Part shown: piece after piece, positions 8,876 to 18,591 of the stretch
Numbering within the stretch: the first letter of the stretch is position 1
Layout: every line of letters starts with the position of its first letter
Source: Verrucomicrobiota bacterium
Lineage (GTDB): Bacteria > Verrucomicrobiota > Verrucomicrobiia > Opitutales > Seribacteraceae
Assembly: GCA_027622665.1 (NCBI GenBank)
Contig: JAQBYT010000001.1
Span: forward strand, 32,001-96,000
DNA: 64,000 nt
Direction: 5' to 3'
Notes under the pieces: model-generated
The model's input: only the letters and a program-made list of their open reading frames with translations
What the model was told of the DNA's origin: nothing
Database searches by the model: none
Position numbers and translations under genes: made by a program

Positions 8876-9664
8876 TTAACGGGAAATACGGATATTGACC
8901 CCGCTCCTACGCGAAAACCCGGAGGAGGTTCCAATGAACCCGCCGTTGATGCCGTTTAATGAAACACCTCCCGCAAAAGGATTTACGTAAACCGGGGAAG
9001 GGCCTCTAGGCAAAATAACAACGGAGGTATTCGCCGGAATACCATTAGTAAACACAATTTGGCTGGGTTGTTGATAAAGGATGGGGCCGGATACACTCGG
9101 AAGTCCCATAAAATTACCTCCCATTACCATCGGACCACCCACGCCGACGGAGATCGCAGAGCGTGACCGAAAGCCAATGCGAGCCTGCCAGTTGTTCTTT
9201 ACCAAATCAAAGGTCACACCCGTGGTACTAAATCGATTATACCTGCTCGCCAATCGATCATAGCCATTCACCCAAGCTAAAAACGGGGTCGGGCCATTTC
9301 CAATGACGACGGGGCGATAGCCGGGACCATACAATATAGCCTGCCCATACCCAATCCCTCCGGCATTCAACATTTTCATAAGCAACTGCAGATGCCCGGG
9401 ATATTCCTTGCCATAAATAAAATAGCTTTCCTTGGAACCGGTTTGCCAACGCAACACGTAGGTTTGGTCAGCCCCGCTAAAAAGTGAGATTGCACTTTCA
9501 AATGTACGACCATCCTTGCGACGAATCTGTACGATTTCGGATTCCTCGTCATAAGAAATGACGGAAGCATCGATCTTTCGCACTCCATCCGCGCTTGTAA
9601 AAACTCTCCCAAGCAAAGGGATGGTGAACGTGGCCAAAAGGAAAACTGAGAGGAGATGCCTCAT
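8876..9664 (-). CDS. Secreted SHD1-like domain protein with Gly/Pro-rich tail
   Basis: Signal peptide; RVFTSADG...VQIRRKDGRTFESAISLFSGADQTYV matches the SHD1 pattern. Confidence 0.7.
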   Translation of the reverse strand: MRHLLSVFLLATFTIPLLGRVFTSADGVRKIDASVISYDEESEIVQIRRKDGRTFESAISLFSGADQTYVLRWQTGSKESYFIYGKEYPGHLQLLMKMLNAGGIGYGQAILYGPGYRPVVIGNGPTPFLAWVNGYDRLASRYNRFSTTGVTFDLVKNNWQARIGFRSRSAISVGVGGPMVMGGNFMGLPSVSGPILYQQPSQIVFTNGIPANTSVVILPRGPSPVYVNPFAGGVSLNGINGGFIGTSSGFSRRSGVNIRISR

Positions 9665-9815
9665 GTAGATAGTACATAAGCGTACTATCTCCCCTTCCGC
9701 AGGTCAAATGATTATAAAGGTTTTTCTTTTATTGTACCTGAGGGCACTATGAGGTTTTATGTTGGTAATACCTATTTCAAATACCCTATAAATCCCACTG
9801 AAAGGAAATCCTACC

Positions 9816-11312
9816 GTGTCCCGTAATTTCATGAATTCTGTGCTCATCGTCGTTGCCTCGACCTTCGGCTTGGCTTCTATTCAAGCCGCGGAGCCCGCTT
9901 TCGGCATAAAACCCAACGTGATCCTCGTCATCACCGACGATCAAGGTTACGGACCGGTTGGTAAACATGGGCATCCTTGGATCAAGACTCCAAGCCTTGA
10001 TGCCCTGCACGGTCAAAGCACCCGCTTTGAACGTTTCTTGGTTAGTCCAACCTGTTCTCCAACTCGGGCAGCACTCATGTCGGGTCGTCATCCGATGAAA
10101 AACGGGATCACTCATACCATTCTGGAGCGCGAGCGGATGGCCCTGAGCACGGTTACTCTTCCTCAGGTTCTGTCCAAGGCTGGTTATACCTCGGGGATTT
10201 TCGGGAAGTGGCATCTTGGAGACGAGGAAGCCTATCAGCCTCACAAGCGCGGTTTCGACGAGGCTTTCATTCACGGGGCGGGAGGAATTGGCCAAGCTTA
10301 CAAATGTTCTTGTGCCGATGCACCCGGAAACAAGTACTTCAACCCGACCATTCGTCACAACGGATCATTCGTAAAAACCGAGGGCTACTGCACCGACCTG
10401 TTCTTCACCGCAGCACTCGGTTGGATCAAGAAGATGAAGGAAGGAGACAAACCCTTCTTTGCCTATGTCACTACCAATGCTCCGCACGGTCCCTTCATCG
10501 CACCGCCCTCCAATACAAAGCGTTTTACGGATTTAGGTTTTTCAGGAAAGACTGCCGGATTCTACGGGATGATCGAGAACATCGACGAGAACATGGGCCG
10601 CTTGATGAAGAAGTTGGATGAATGGAAGCTTAACGAAAACACCATTCTCATATTCATGTCCGACAACGGCATGACGGGAGGGGGCTCGGGACGTGGAAAA
10701 GTCGGAATTTCCAAGGACGGCAAACCCATGGAAGCGTACAACGCCAACATGAAAGGACAGAAGGGTTCTCCTGACGAAGGTGGAGTTCGCGTTCCTTTCT
10801 TCGTGCGCTGGTCTGGCAAGCTCAAGGCTGGCAGAGAAGTAGACCACCTTGCCGCCCACATCGACCTTTTGCCCACGTTAGCGGACATTGCCGGGATAGA
10901 CGAGTTGCCAAAAGGGCAAGTGGAGGGCCGAAGCTTGGTCCCTCTTCTGAAGAACCCGAAAGCCAACTGGAAGGATCGTCATCTCTTTACGCAGGTTGCC
11001 CGCTGGAGGACCGGTTCAGAACCGACCGACCATATGTGGAAAGGTTTCGCCGTGCGCAACGCCTGCTACCGTCTGGTTGGGAACAGCCTCTACGACATGA
11101 GGAAGGATCCGTTCCAGAAGACCGACGTTGCATCCAAGCATCCCGAGGAGATCAAGTCCATGCGGGCCGCCTACGAAAAGTTCTGGAAAGAAGCCCGCCC
11201 CTTGATGGTAAATGAAAAGGCTCCCATGTCCCCTACCCGTCCCTATCACGTTCTACACGCCAAGCAACTAAAGGAAGGCGGCATCCCCAACTGGCAACCA
11301 CCCAAGTTGTAA
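9816..11312 (+). CDS. Arylsulfatase (S1 family, Cys-type), secreted
   Basis: KPNVILVITDDQGYG, CSPTRAALMSG, GKWHLG, SDNG, EGGVRVP; alternative start ATG 9831. Confidence 0.93.
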   Translation: MSRNFMNSVLIVVASTFGLASIQAAEPAFGIKPNVILVITDDQGYGPVGKHGHPWIKTPSLDALHGQSTRFERFLVSPTCSPTRAALMSGRHPMKNGITHTILERERMALSTVTLPQVLSKAGYTSGIFGKWHLGDEEAYQPHKRGFDEAFIHGAGGIGQAYKCSCADAPGNKYFNPTIRHNGSFVKTEGYCTDLFFTAALGWIKKMKEGDKPFFAYVTTNAPHGPFIAPPSNTKRFTDLGFSGKTAGFYGMIENIDENMGRLMKKLDEWKLNENTILIFMSDNGMTGGGSGRGKVGISKDGKPMEAYNANMKGQKGSPDEGGVRVPFFVRWSGKLKAGREVDHLAAHIDLLPTLADIAGIDELPKGQVEGRSLVPLLKNPKANWKDRHLFTQVARWRTGSEPTDHMWKGFAVRNACYRLVGNSLYDMRKDPFQKTDVASKHPEEIKSMRAAYEKFWKEARPLMVNEKAPMSPTRPYHVLHAKQLKEGGIPNWQPPKL

Positions 11313-11330
11313 GGCTCGCTGCAAAATACC

Positions 11331-12383
11331 ATGAGTGACTCACCAAAACTTACCGCCCCTTGGGGCAACACAAAAGGTTCCTCGGGAAATGTATCGAGAC
11401 GTTCGGCCTTCAAGTGGGTAGCCGCCGCCGCAGGAACGGTCGCCACCGCGACGGCAACCACTTCGGCTACCGCCGCTCCCCGCAAGGCCGACGAGCGACG
11501 CAGTTCGCCCAAACGCTACAAGATGAAGAAGTCCATCAACCAGTGGGCCTTTCCCTATCCGGAAAGAATGAACCTGCGAGAATGCCTGCAACTGGCCAAG
11601 GACGCGGGATTCGACGGCATCGAGCTGAACTACGACCTGGAAAACGATCTCTCTCCGAAGAGCGGCACCAAGGAGTATCATGCCATTCGCAAGATGGCGG
11701 ATGATATCGGAATCGCGATAAGCGGTCTTTGCTCCTTCCTCTTCTGGCCCTACCCGTTGACCAGCAACGATCCCAAGGAAAGAAAACGGGGCATGGAATT
11801 GGCGGGGCTCATGACCCAGGCTGCCCACGATCTCGGTGTGGAAAACCTACTCGTCGTGCCGGGAGCCGTCCACATGCCTTGGCGCGAAGACCACGATCCC
11901 ACTCCCAATGATGTCTGCGACAAGCGAGCACGCGAGGCCATCAAGAAGCTTCTCCCCACTGCCGAGAAGCTAAAGGTTAAGCTCAACATGGAGAACATCT
12001 TCTTCAACGGCTTTCTGCTCTCGCCTGAGGAAATGATCAATTTCGTCGATCCCTTCGATAGCGAGTACGTGAACGTTCATTTCGATACCGGCAACATCAT
12101 GCTGTTCCAATTTCCCGAGCACTGGATACCCCAGCTCGGCAAACGAATCCAAAACGTCCACCTCAAGGAATTCTCCAAGAAAGGCACCGACCATTCACTG
12201 GAGTCGTTTCGCCCTCTCCTCGACGGTACCACAAACTGGCCCGCGGTGATCGAGGCCTTCGACGAGACCGGGTACAACGGCTACCTGACTTTCGAGTACT
12301 TCCACCCCTATCCCCACTATCCGGAAGCTCTCATCCATCAAACCGCAGATTCCCTCGACCGTATGCTCGGCATCCATTCGTAA
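11331..12383 (+). CDS. Sugar phosphate isomerase/epimerase (xylose-isomerase-like TIM barrel) with Tat-like leader
   Basis: SRRSAFK leader; AKDAGFDGIEL, MENI, HFDTGN, VHLKE, LTFE. Confidence 0.88.
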   Translation: MSDSPKLTAPWGNTKGSSGNVSRRSAFKWVAAAAGTVATATATTSATAAPRKADERRSSPKRYKMKKSINQWAFPYPERMNLRECLQLAKDAGFDGIELNYDLENDLSPKSGTKEYHAIRKMADDIGIAISGLCSFLFWPYPLTSNDPKERKRGMELAGLMTQAAHDLGVENLLVVPGAVHMPWREDHDPTPNDVCDKRAREAIKKLLPTAEKLKVKLNMENIFFNGFLLSPEEMINFVDPFDSEYVNVHFDTGNIMLFQFPEHWIPQLGKRIQNVHLKEFSKKGTDHSLESFRPLLDGTTNWPAVIEAFDETGYNGYLTFEYFHPYPHYPEALIHQTADSLDRMLGIHS

Positions 12384-12391
12384 GTTAAGCC

Positions 12392-13393
12392 ATGACCCGA
12401 TTCTCCATCCTTCTCTGGTGTTCCCTGTTCGCCACTTTCATCTCCCAGGCGAAACTCAAAGTGTTCGTGCTCGCCGGACAGTCCAATATGCAAGGAGCAG
12501 GGCAAGTGGAAATGAAGGAAAACAGCCGCAACGGAGGACGGGGCACCTTGGCCTATCTGGTCAAAAACGAGAAAACGGCCAAGAAGTACGCCCACTTGAT
12601 GAACAAAAAAGGCGAGTGGATCACCCGCCAGGACGTCTGGATCCGCTACGATGACCGACAAGATGGGTTGCGCCCCGGGTTCGGTTACCGTAACACAAGC
12701 ATAGGTCCCGAATTAGGGTTCGGCTCGGTGGTGGGAGATGCCATCGACGAACCGGTGTTGCTCATCAAGACCTGCTGGGGCGGCAAGAACGTGATGGTTG
12801 ATTTTCGCTCACCTTCCGGAGGCATGCCTCCGAAAGCATTGATGGAACGCATACTGGCTGGTAAAAAGAAGCGGGAACCGGATGCCACCATGAAAGACGT
12901 CGAGGCCCAAGTCGGATTTTATTATCGCGAGATGGTTCGTCTCGTGAACGAAACCCTCAAGGACATCAAAAAGAGCTACCCCGCCTATGACGACAAAGGG
13001 TACGAGTTGGTTGGTTTCGGATGGCACCAAGGTTGGAACGACGGAGGCAGCATGGACAACGTCAACGCTTACGAGGAAAACCTCAGCAACATCATAAAGG
13101 ACCTCCGCAAGGAATGGAAAGTGCCCAATTTGCCAGTGGTCATTGGGGTCAGCGGATTTGGTGGGCGCAAGCAATCGGTCGACCGACGCCTCGGCATCAT
13201 AGCGGCCCAGCATGCCGTGGCCAAACGCAAGGAATTCAAGGGCACGGTCGCCAGCGTGGAAACTCGCGACTTCTTCCGTCCCGCCGAGGAATCACCTTCT
13301 CGTCAAGGCTACCACTGGAACGGCAATGCCGAGACCTACTACTTGATCGGCGAGGGGATGGGACAGGCCATGGTGAAACTATTCAAGAAATGA
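12392..13393 (+). CDS. Sialate O-acetylesterase-like (SASA/SGNH) carbohydrate esterase
   Basis: VFVLAGQSNMQG, GPELGFG, IKTCWGG, WHQGWND, YHWNGNAE. Confidence 0.88.
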   Translation: MTRFSILLWCSLFATFISQAKLKVFVLAGQSNMQGAGQVEMKENSRNGGRGTLAYLVKNEKTAKKYAHLMNKKGEWITRQDVWIRYDDRQDGLRPGFGYRNTSIGPELGFGSVVGDAIDEPVLLIKTCWGGKNVMVDFRSPSGGMPPKALMERILAGKKKREPDATMKDVEAQVGFYYREMVRLVNETLKDIKKSYPAYDDKGYELVGFGWHQGWNDGGSMDNVNAYEENLSNIIKDLRKEWKVPNLPVVIGVSGFGGRKQSVDRRLGIIAAQHAVAKRKEFKGTVASVETRDFFRPAEESPSRQGYHWNGNAETYYLIGEGMGQAMVKLFKK

Positions 13394-16053
13394 ATCTGCT
13401 TCGAGGCATCTTCGTCTCTGCCTCGGCAATCGCTTTCGTCCAAGGCGGGTTGCCGGCCGAAGAGGACGCCTGGTGGTCACGTAAGTCGCTGGTCGCACCC
13501 AAGCTTCCTCCGCAAAGCACATGGGCCCGCAACGAGGTAGATCGGTTCATTCTGGCCAAGCTCAAAGCAAGTGGCCTCCGACCATCACAAGAAGCCTCTC
13601 CGCTCGCCCTCGTCCGTCGGGTGACCCATGACCTGACCGGTCTGCCGCCGACCCCAAAGGAAACCGAAGAGTTTCTGGAAGCATTCAAGGCTGATTCGGA
13701 CAAAGCCTACGAAGCCTTGGTGGACCGTCTCCTCGAATCCCCCCGCTATGGCGAACGTTTCGCACGACACTGGCTCGACGTGGCCAAGTACGCAGACACC
13801 TGCGGGTACGACAAAGACAAGTTGCGTCCCAATGCCTGGCCTTACCGAGACTACGTCATACGCTCTTTCAATGAGGACAAGCCCTATGCCCGGTTCGTGC
13901 AGGAACAGGTGGCGGGAGACGCCCTCTTTGTTGATGAACCGGACGGCATTCTCGGACTTGGCTTTCTTGCTGCGGGTCCTTGGGACTTCATCGGCCACTC
14001 GGAGGTTCCGGAAAGCAAGATCGACGGCATGGTCGCCCGCAACTTGGACCGGGACGACATGCTTACCAATGTCCTCAACACCTTCTGCGCCGTCACCATA
14101 CAGTGCGCCCGCTGCCACGAGCACAAGGGTGATCCCATCACACAGGAGCATTACTACAGCCTGCAGTCCGTTTTCGCCGCCGTCGACAAGGCGGACCGTA
14201 AATACGGAACCGATGCCGCAACCGAAAAACATCGTTCCGCGTTAGAGGGCGAGCGCGTTCAATACAGGGCCGAAAACACCAAAATCGAGAAGGATATAAA
14301 ACAGCAAGGCGGCCAGGCGCTGGCCAAGCTCGAATCGCAAATCAAGGCTTTGCAAGCCAAGGCCAAGCCATCAGCCAAACGACCGGAATTCGGTTATCAC
14401 AGCAAGGTCGGGAAGTCTCCCGATCAAGCCAAATGGGTCCAAGTCGACCTCGGCGAACGAGTCGACATCAAGAAAATCGTCCTGCATGCATGCCATGACG
14501 ACTACAACAACATTGGGGCAGGTTTCGGGTTTCCCGTGCGGTTCAGGGTCATTGCCTCCAACCGAGCCGATTTCTCGCGCTCTCAAGTGTTGGTGGACGA
14601 AACAGGACGAGACTTTGCAAATCCCGGATTGGTTCCCATCGAGCACGGGGTTCAGTCTTCCGCCCGCTATATTCGAGTAAAGGCAACGAAATTGGCTCCA
14701 AGATCCAACGACTACATCTTCGCCTTGGCGGAACTGGAGGTCTTGGACGGCAATGGTAAAAACCGTGCCCTAAGGGCCAAGGTTTCCTCGCTCGACTCCA
14801 TCGAGGCCCCGGTTCGTTGGCGGCAAAACAACCTGACCGACGGCATCTGGGCAAAAGGGTCAGACAAGGCAGCCGCCCAAGAAACAGCCAGGTTGAACAA
14901 GGAAAAAACCGCTCTTTTGGCCACGCTCCAGACTCCGGAACGAATGACTCGTCTCGCAGAACTGGAAAAAGCGATCATGCAAACCACCGCCAAGGTCGCC
15001 AAACTCCCCAAGGGCAGCATGGTTTACGCCGCAGCTACTCAATTCAAGGCCCAAGGAAACTTCAAACCGACCAACGGCAAACCCCGCGACATCCGTTTTC
15101 TGCATCGGGGCGAAGTCACCCAACCGCGAGAAGAAGTCAGGCCCGGAACCCTGCCCCTCTTCAAGGATGAAGCGTGGCAGTTCAATCTGCCCAAGAATCA
15201 CGACGAATCCGCTCGCCGAGCCGCCCTCGCCAAATGGCTCGTCCGCAAGGATCACCCGCTCACCTGGCGAACAATCGCCAACCGCGTCTGGCAATGGCAT
15301 TTCGGGCAGGGTCTTGTCCCCTCCCCCAACGACTTCGGCGAACTCGGCCAAACTCCCAGCCATTCCGAACTACTCGACTGGCTTGCCCTTTACTTCCGAG
15401 ACCAGGGTGGTTCCTTCAAGAAAATGCATAAGCTACTCGTGATGAGCGCCACCTACCGGCAGACTTCGAATGGTAACGAAAGCTTTGCCAAGGCGGATTC
15501 AGGTAACCAGTTGCTTTGGCGCATGAACCGCAGGAAACTCTCCGCGGAGGAAATTCGGGACGCTATCCTCTCCGTCAGCGGAAAGCTCAATCTGGAGATG
15601 GGCGGGCCCGGTTACTATCTCTTCGCCTTGGAAAAAACGGCCCACTCGCCCCATTACGAATATCACAAGTTCAATCCGGAGGACGCCAAGAGCCACCGCC
15701 GTTCCATCTACCGGTTCATCGTCCGTTCGCAACCGAACCCCTTCATGACTACCTTGGATTGCGCCGACTCCTCCCAGAGCACCCCAAAGCGCAACGAGAC
15801 CCTCACCTCCTTGCAGGCCCTCAGCCTCCTGAATAATAAATTCAGCATAGCCATGGCCCGACACTTTGCTTCCCGACTTGAAAAAGAAGCCGATGACTTG
15901 CTCGTGCAAGTGAAGCGCGGACACCTTTTGGTCACAAGCAGGGATCCCGCAAAAGAGGAAACTGGTTTGCTGGTGAAATATGCCCAAAGCCACGGCTTGG
16001 AAAATCTCTGCCGAGCCTTGTTCAATCTCTCCGAATTCACTTATTTGGACTGA
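13390..16053 (+). CDS. DUF1549/DUF1553 protein with F5/8 (discoidin) insertion
   Basis: ATG 13390 overlaps the upstream stop (ATGA); NEVDRFI, DLTGLPPT, YGERFARHWLDVAKYAD, CARCHEHK, WVQVDLG...LAELEV discoidin, NRVWQWHFGQGLV, RRSIY, NLSEFTYLD. Confidence 0.92.
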   Translation: MNLLRGIFVSASAIAFVQGGLPAEEDAWWSRKSLVAPKLPPQSTWARNEVDRFILAKLKASGLRPSQEASPLALVRRVTHDLTGLPPTPKETEEFLEAFKADSDKAYEALVDRLLESPRYGERFARHWLDVAKYADTCGYDKDKLRPNAWPYRDYVIRSFNEDKPYARFVQEQVAGDALFVDEPDGILGLGFLAAGPWDFIGHSEVPESKIDGMVARNLDRDDMLTNVLNTFCAVTIQCARCHEHKGDPITQEHYYSLQSVFAAVDKADRKYGTDAATEKHRSALEGERVQYRAENTKIEKDIKQQGGQALAKLESQIKALQAKAKPSAKRPEFGYHSKVGKSPDQAKWVQVDLGERVDIKKIVLHACHDDYNNIGAGFGFPVRFRVIASNRADFSRSQVLVDETGRDFANPGLVPIEHGVQSSARYIRVKATKLAPRSNDYIFALAELEVLDGNGKNRALRAKVSSLDSIEAPVRWRQNNLTDGIWAKGSDKAAAQETARLNKEKTALLATLQTPERMTRLAELEKAIMQTTAKVAKLPKGSMVYAAATQFKAQGNFKPTNGKPRDIRFLHRGEVTQPREEVRPGTLPLFKDEAWQFNLPKNHDESARRAALAKWLVRKDHPLTWRTIANRVWQWHFGQGLVPSPNDFGELGQTPSHSELLDWLALYFRDQGGSFKKMHKLLVMSATYRQTSNGNESFAKADSGNQLLWRMNRRKLSAEEIRDAILSVSGKLNLEMGGPGYYLFALEKTAHSPHYEYHKFNPEDAKSHRRSIYRFIVRSQPNPFMTTLDCADSSQSTPKRNETLTSLQALSLLNNKFSIAMARHFASRLEKEADDLLVQVKRGHLLVTSRDPAKEETGLLVKYAQSHGLENLCRALFNLSEFTYLD

Positions 16054-17507
16054 TGATGAATCCGATGGGCACGCGGAGAGGCTTTCTCAAGCAATCCAGC
16101 TTCGGCGGAATGGCTTTGGCCTCGATGCTAGCTGGGGATCCTCTCTCAGCCACCCCTTCCGTCATGCCCCAAGGGCTCCATCACCCGCCTCGGGCCAAAC
16201 GAGTCATCCAACTGTTCATGGCGGGAGCGGCTAGCCATCTCGACATGTTCGACTTCAAGCCCGAGTTAGTGAAACGACATGGCGAAAAATCGGACTTCGG
16301 CGAACATGTGGAAGCTTTTCAGAACGGACTCGGTCCATGGATGAAATCCCCTTTCGAATTCAAGCGATACGGACGATGCGGCAAGCTCATGAGCGATATC
16401 GTGGCTCCTCTCGGTGAAGTGGTCGACGACATGGCCTTCATTCACAACATGGTGGGGAAAACGGGGGTCCATAGTCAGGCCACCTACCTGCAAGCCACCG
16501 GGTTTCAATTGCCGGGTTTCCCCGGCGCCGGCTCCTGGGTGAGCTATGGCCTTGGTTCAGCAAATGAAGACCTGCCCACCTTCGTGGTCCTGCCCGATCA
16601 CCGCGGGTTCGCCTCCAACGGCCCGAAGAACTGGGGGTCTGCCTTTCTGCCTACTCACACGCAAGGCACCACCATCTTTCCTCAACGCAAGAACCCCATA
16701 GAGGATCTTCATCCCCATGCCGACTACGTCACAGAGGCCAGTCACCGAGAAGGCATCGAATTGGTCAATCAATTGAACCAGCGCCATAGTAGGAGTCGCC
16801 CCGGAGACCCTCGCCTCGATGCCCGCATACGCAGCTATGAGCTGGCCGCCCAGCTTCAATTGTCCGCCACGAGAGCATTGGACATATCCAAAGAACCCAA
16901 GCATGTCTTGAAGATGTACGGTCTAGACAATCCCAAGACGAAGTACCCAAAGGATATCAATCCCGAGGAAGAAACCGAGTACTTCGGTCGCAAGTGCTTG
17001 ATCGCACGTCGACTGATCGAACGCGGCGTACGATTCGTCCAAATCTGGAGTGGCAACGACAATAGTTTTCCTCGCCGCAATTGGGACAGTCACGAGGACA
17101 TGAACCGCGATCACCCGTCCCTTTCACTCGGCATGGCGCGAGGCGTTGCAGGCCTCATTCAAGACCTAAAGCAACGCGGTCTGCTGGAAGACACCATCAT
17201 CCACTGGACGACCGAGTTCGGCCGCATGCCCAGTTCGCAGGCAGGCAAAGGACGTGACCACAACCCTTTCGTCTTTACCAACTGGTTGGCTGGCGGAGGC
17301 ATCAAGGGGGGCACGACCCACGGCGAGAGCGATCAATGGGGATACAAACCCCTCGACCGGAAGCACCCCACCCAAGTCTACGACGTATACGCCACCATGC
17401 TTCATCTCCTAGGCATCGACCACGAACGCCTCACGGTACGCCACAACAGCATCGACCGGCGCCTGACCGATGTTCACGGACATGTGATTGGTGAGTTGCT
17501 TTCTTAA
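16053..17507 (+). CDS. DUF1501 family protein, Tat signal
   Basis: TRRGFLK; AKRVIQLFMAGAASHLDMFD; ARRLIERGVRFVQ; TEFGRMP; GRDH. Confidence 0.92.
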   Translation: MMNPMGTRRGFLKQSSFGGMALASMLAGDPLSATPSVMPQGLHHPPRAKRVIQLFMAGAASHLDMFDFKPELVKRHGEKSDFGEHVEAFQNGLGPWMKSPFEFKRYGRCGKLMSDIVAPLGEVVDDMAFIHNMVGKTGVHSQATYLQATGFQLPGFPGAGSWVSYGLGSANEDLPTFVVLPDHRGFASNGPKNWGSAFLPTHTQGTTIFPQRKNPIEDLHPHADYVTEASHREGIELVNQLNQRHSRSRPGDPRLDARIRSYELAAQLQLSATRALDISKEPKHVLKMYGLDNPKTKYPKDINPEEETEYFGRKCLIARRLIERGVRFVQIWSGNDNSFPRRNWDSHEDMNRDHPSLSLGMARGVAGLIQDLKQRGLLEDTIIHWTTEFGRMPSSQAGKGRDHNPFVFTNWLAGGGIKGGTTHGESDQWGYKPLDRKHPTQVYDVYATMLHLLGIDHERLTVRHNSIDRRLTDVHGHVIGELLS

Positions 17508-17556
17508 TTTCATTGGGTTTGACGTACAAATCCAACGACATAATTGTTAAAGGATA

Positions 17557-18495
17557 ATGGTCACCGACTTAGGACTGGACAAATCGCCGCTGACGGAGCT
17601 GTTTCCCCAACCGCGAAACGCCGAGGAATGGTTGCAATATGCCTTGAGCGAGGAACAGGTCAGGCACTTCAAGGAGCATGGCTACCTGCACAAGGTAAAG
17701 TTGCTGAACGAGGAGCAACTGGACGCCTTGAGAAAACAGTTGGCCGAAATGGTCGATCCCGAGCACGATGGACGTGAGTTCTTTTACGAGTACCACAGCA
17801 ACGAGTCGGAAAGCACCGACAATGTGCTGTTTCATGCCTTGGGAGCTTGGCGAGTGCGACCCGCCTTTCACGACGCCCTATGGAATCCCGCCTTCCTGAT
17901 GGCGGCCTACCAGTTGCTGGGCTCGGGCTTCAGGCTCTTTCACGACCAACTCTTCAGTAAACCGGCCAAGCACGGCAGCGTGGTGGCGTGGCATCAGGAC
18001 TACTCCTACTGGACTTGGACGACACCCATGGCCCACCTCACCTGCTGGATGGGTCTGGACGACGCGGATATCGAGAACGGGTGCATGTACTACGTCCCCG
18101 ACAGTCACCACTGGGGCCTGCTTGAGAAGACAGGCTTGGCCGGCGACATGGATGCCGTGAGAGATGTCCTGACACCCGATCAGTTAGCCGACTTCGACAA
18201 CAAGATACCCGTCGAAGTGAAAGCGGGAGAAGCCGCCTTCCACCATCCTCTCATGATGCACGGTTCCTACGAGAACCGCTCCGCCCGGAAGCGCCGAGCC
18301 ACCTTGATAAACGTCTTCGCCGACGGCGTGATCAGCAACCGGGAAGACGATGGAACCAACGCCCCCGGGGCGGACAACTACCCAAGGGTTCCCAGGGGGG
18401 AACGAATGGGCGGCACTTATTATCCCTTGTTGCTCGATGCCGAGGAAGCATACTCCGGATTCACCGAATCGATCCCGACGATCAACGATGTTTGA
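17557..18495 (+). CDS. Phytanoyl-CoA dioxygenase (PhyH) family Fe/2OG enzyme
   Basis: WHQDYSYW (HxD), NGCMYYVPDSH, HGSYENRS..RR. Confidence 0.9.
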   Translation: MVTDLGLDKSPLTELFPQPRNAEEWLQYALSEEQVRHFKEHGYLHKVKLLNEEQLDALRKQLAEMVDPEHDGREFFYEYHSNESESTDNVLFHALGAWRVRPAFHDALWNPAFLMAAYQLLGSGFRLFHDQLFSKPAKHGSVVAWHQDYSYWTWTTPMAHLTCWMGLDDADIENGCMYYVPDSHHWGLLEKTGLAGDMDAVRDVLTPDQLADFDNKIPVEVKAGEAAFHHPLMMHGSYENRSARKRRATLINVFADGVISNREDDGTNAPGADNYPRVPRGERMGGTYYPLLLDAEEAYSGFTESIPTINDV

Positions 18496-18591
18496 TTACA
18501 GGAAATCTCGCGGACGGCTGAAAGAAGAAGCGGTTGCAACAGCCCGTTCTCGCTTACAAACATTCGACTGTATTGCCTAGCTAATCGTTCG

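Noticed and set aside
13021..13389. 123-aa N-terminal extension of the first DUF1553 ORF
   Set aside because: Overlaps the SASA esterase in another frame; ATG 13390 gives a signal peptide and an ATGA overlap
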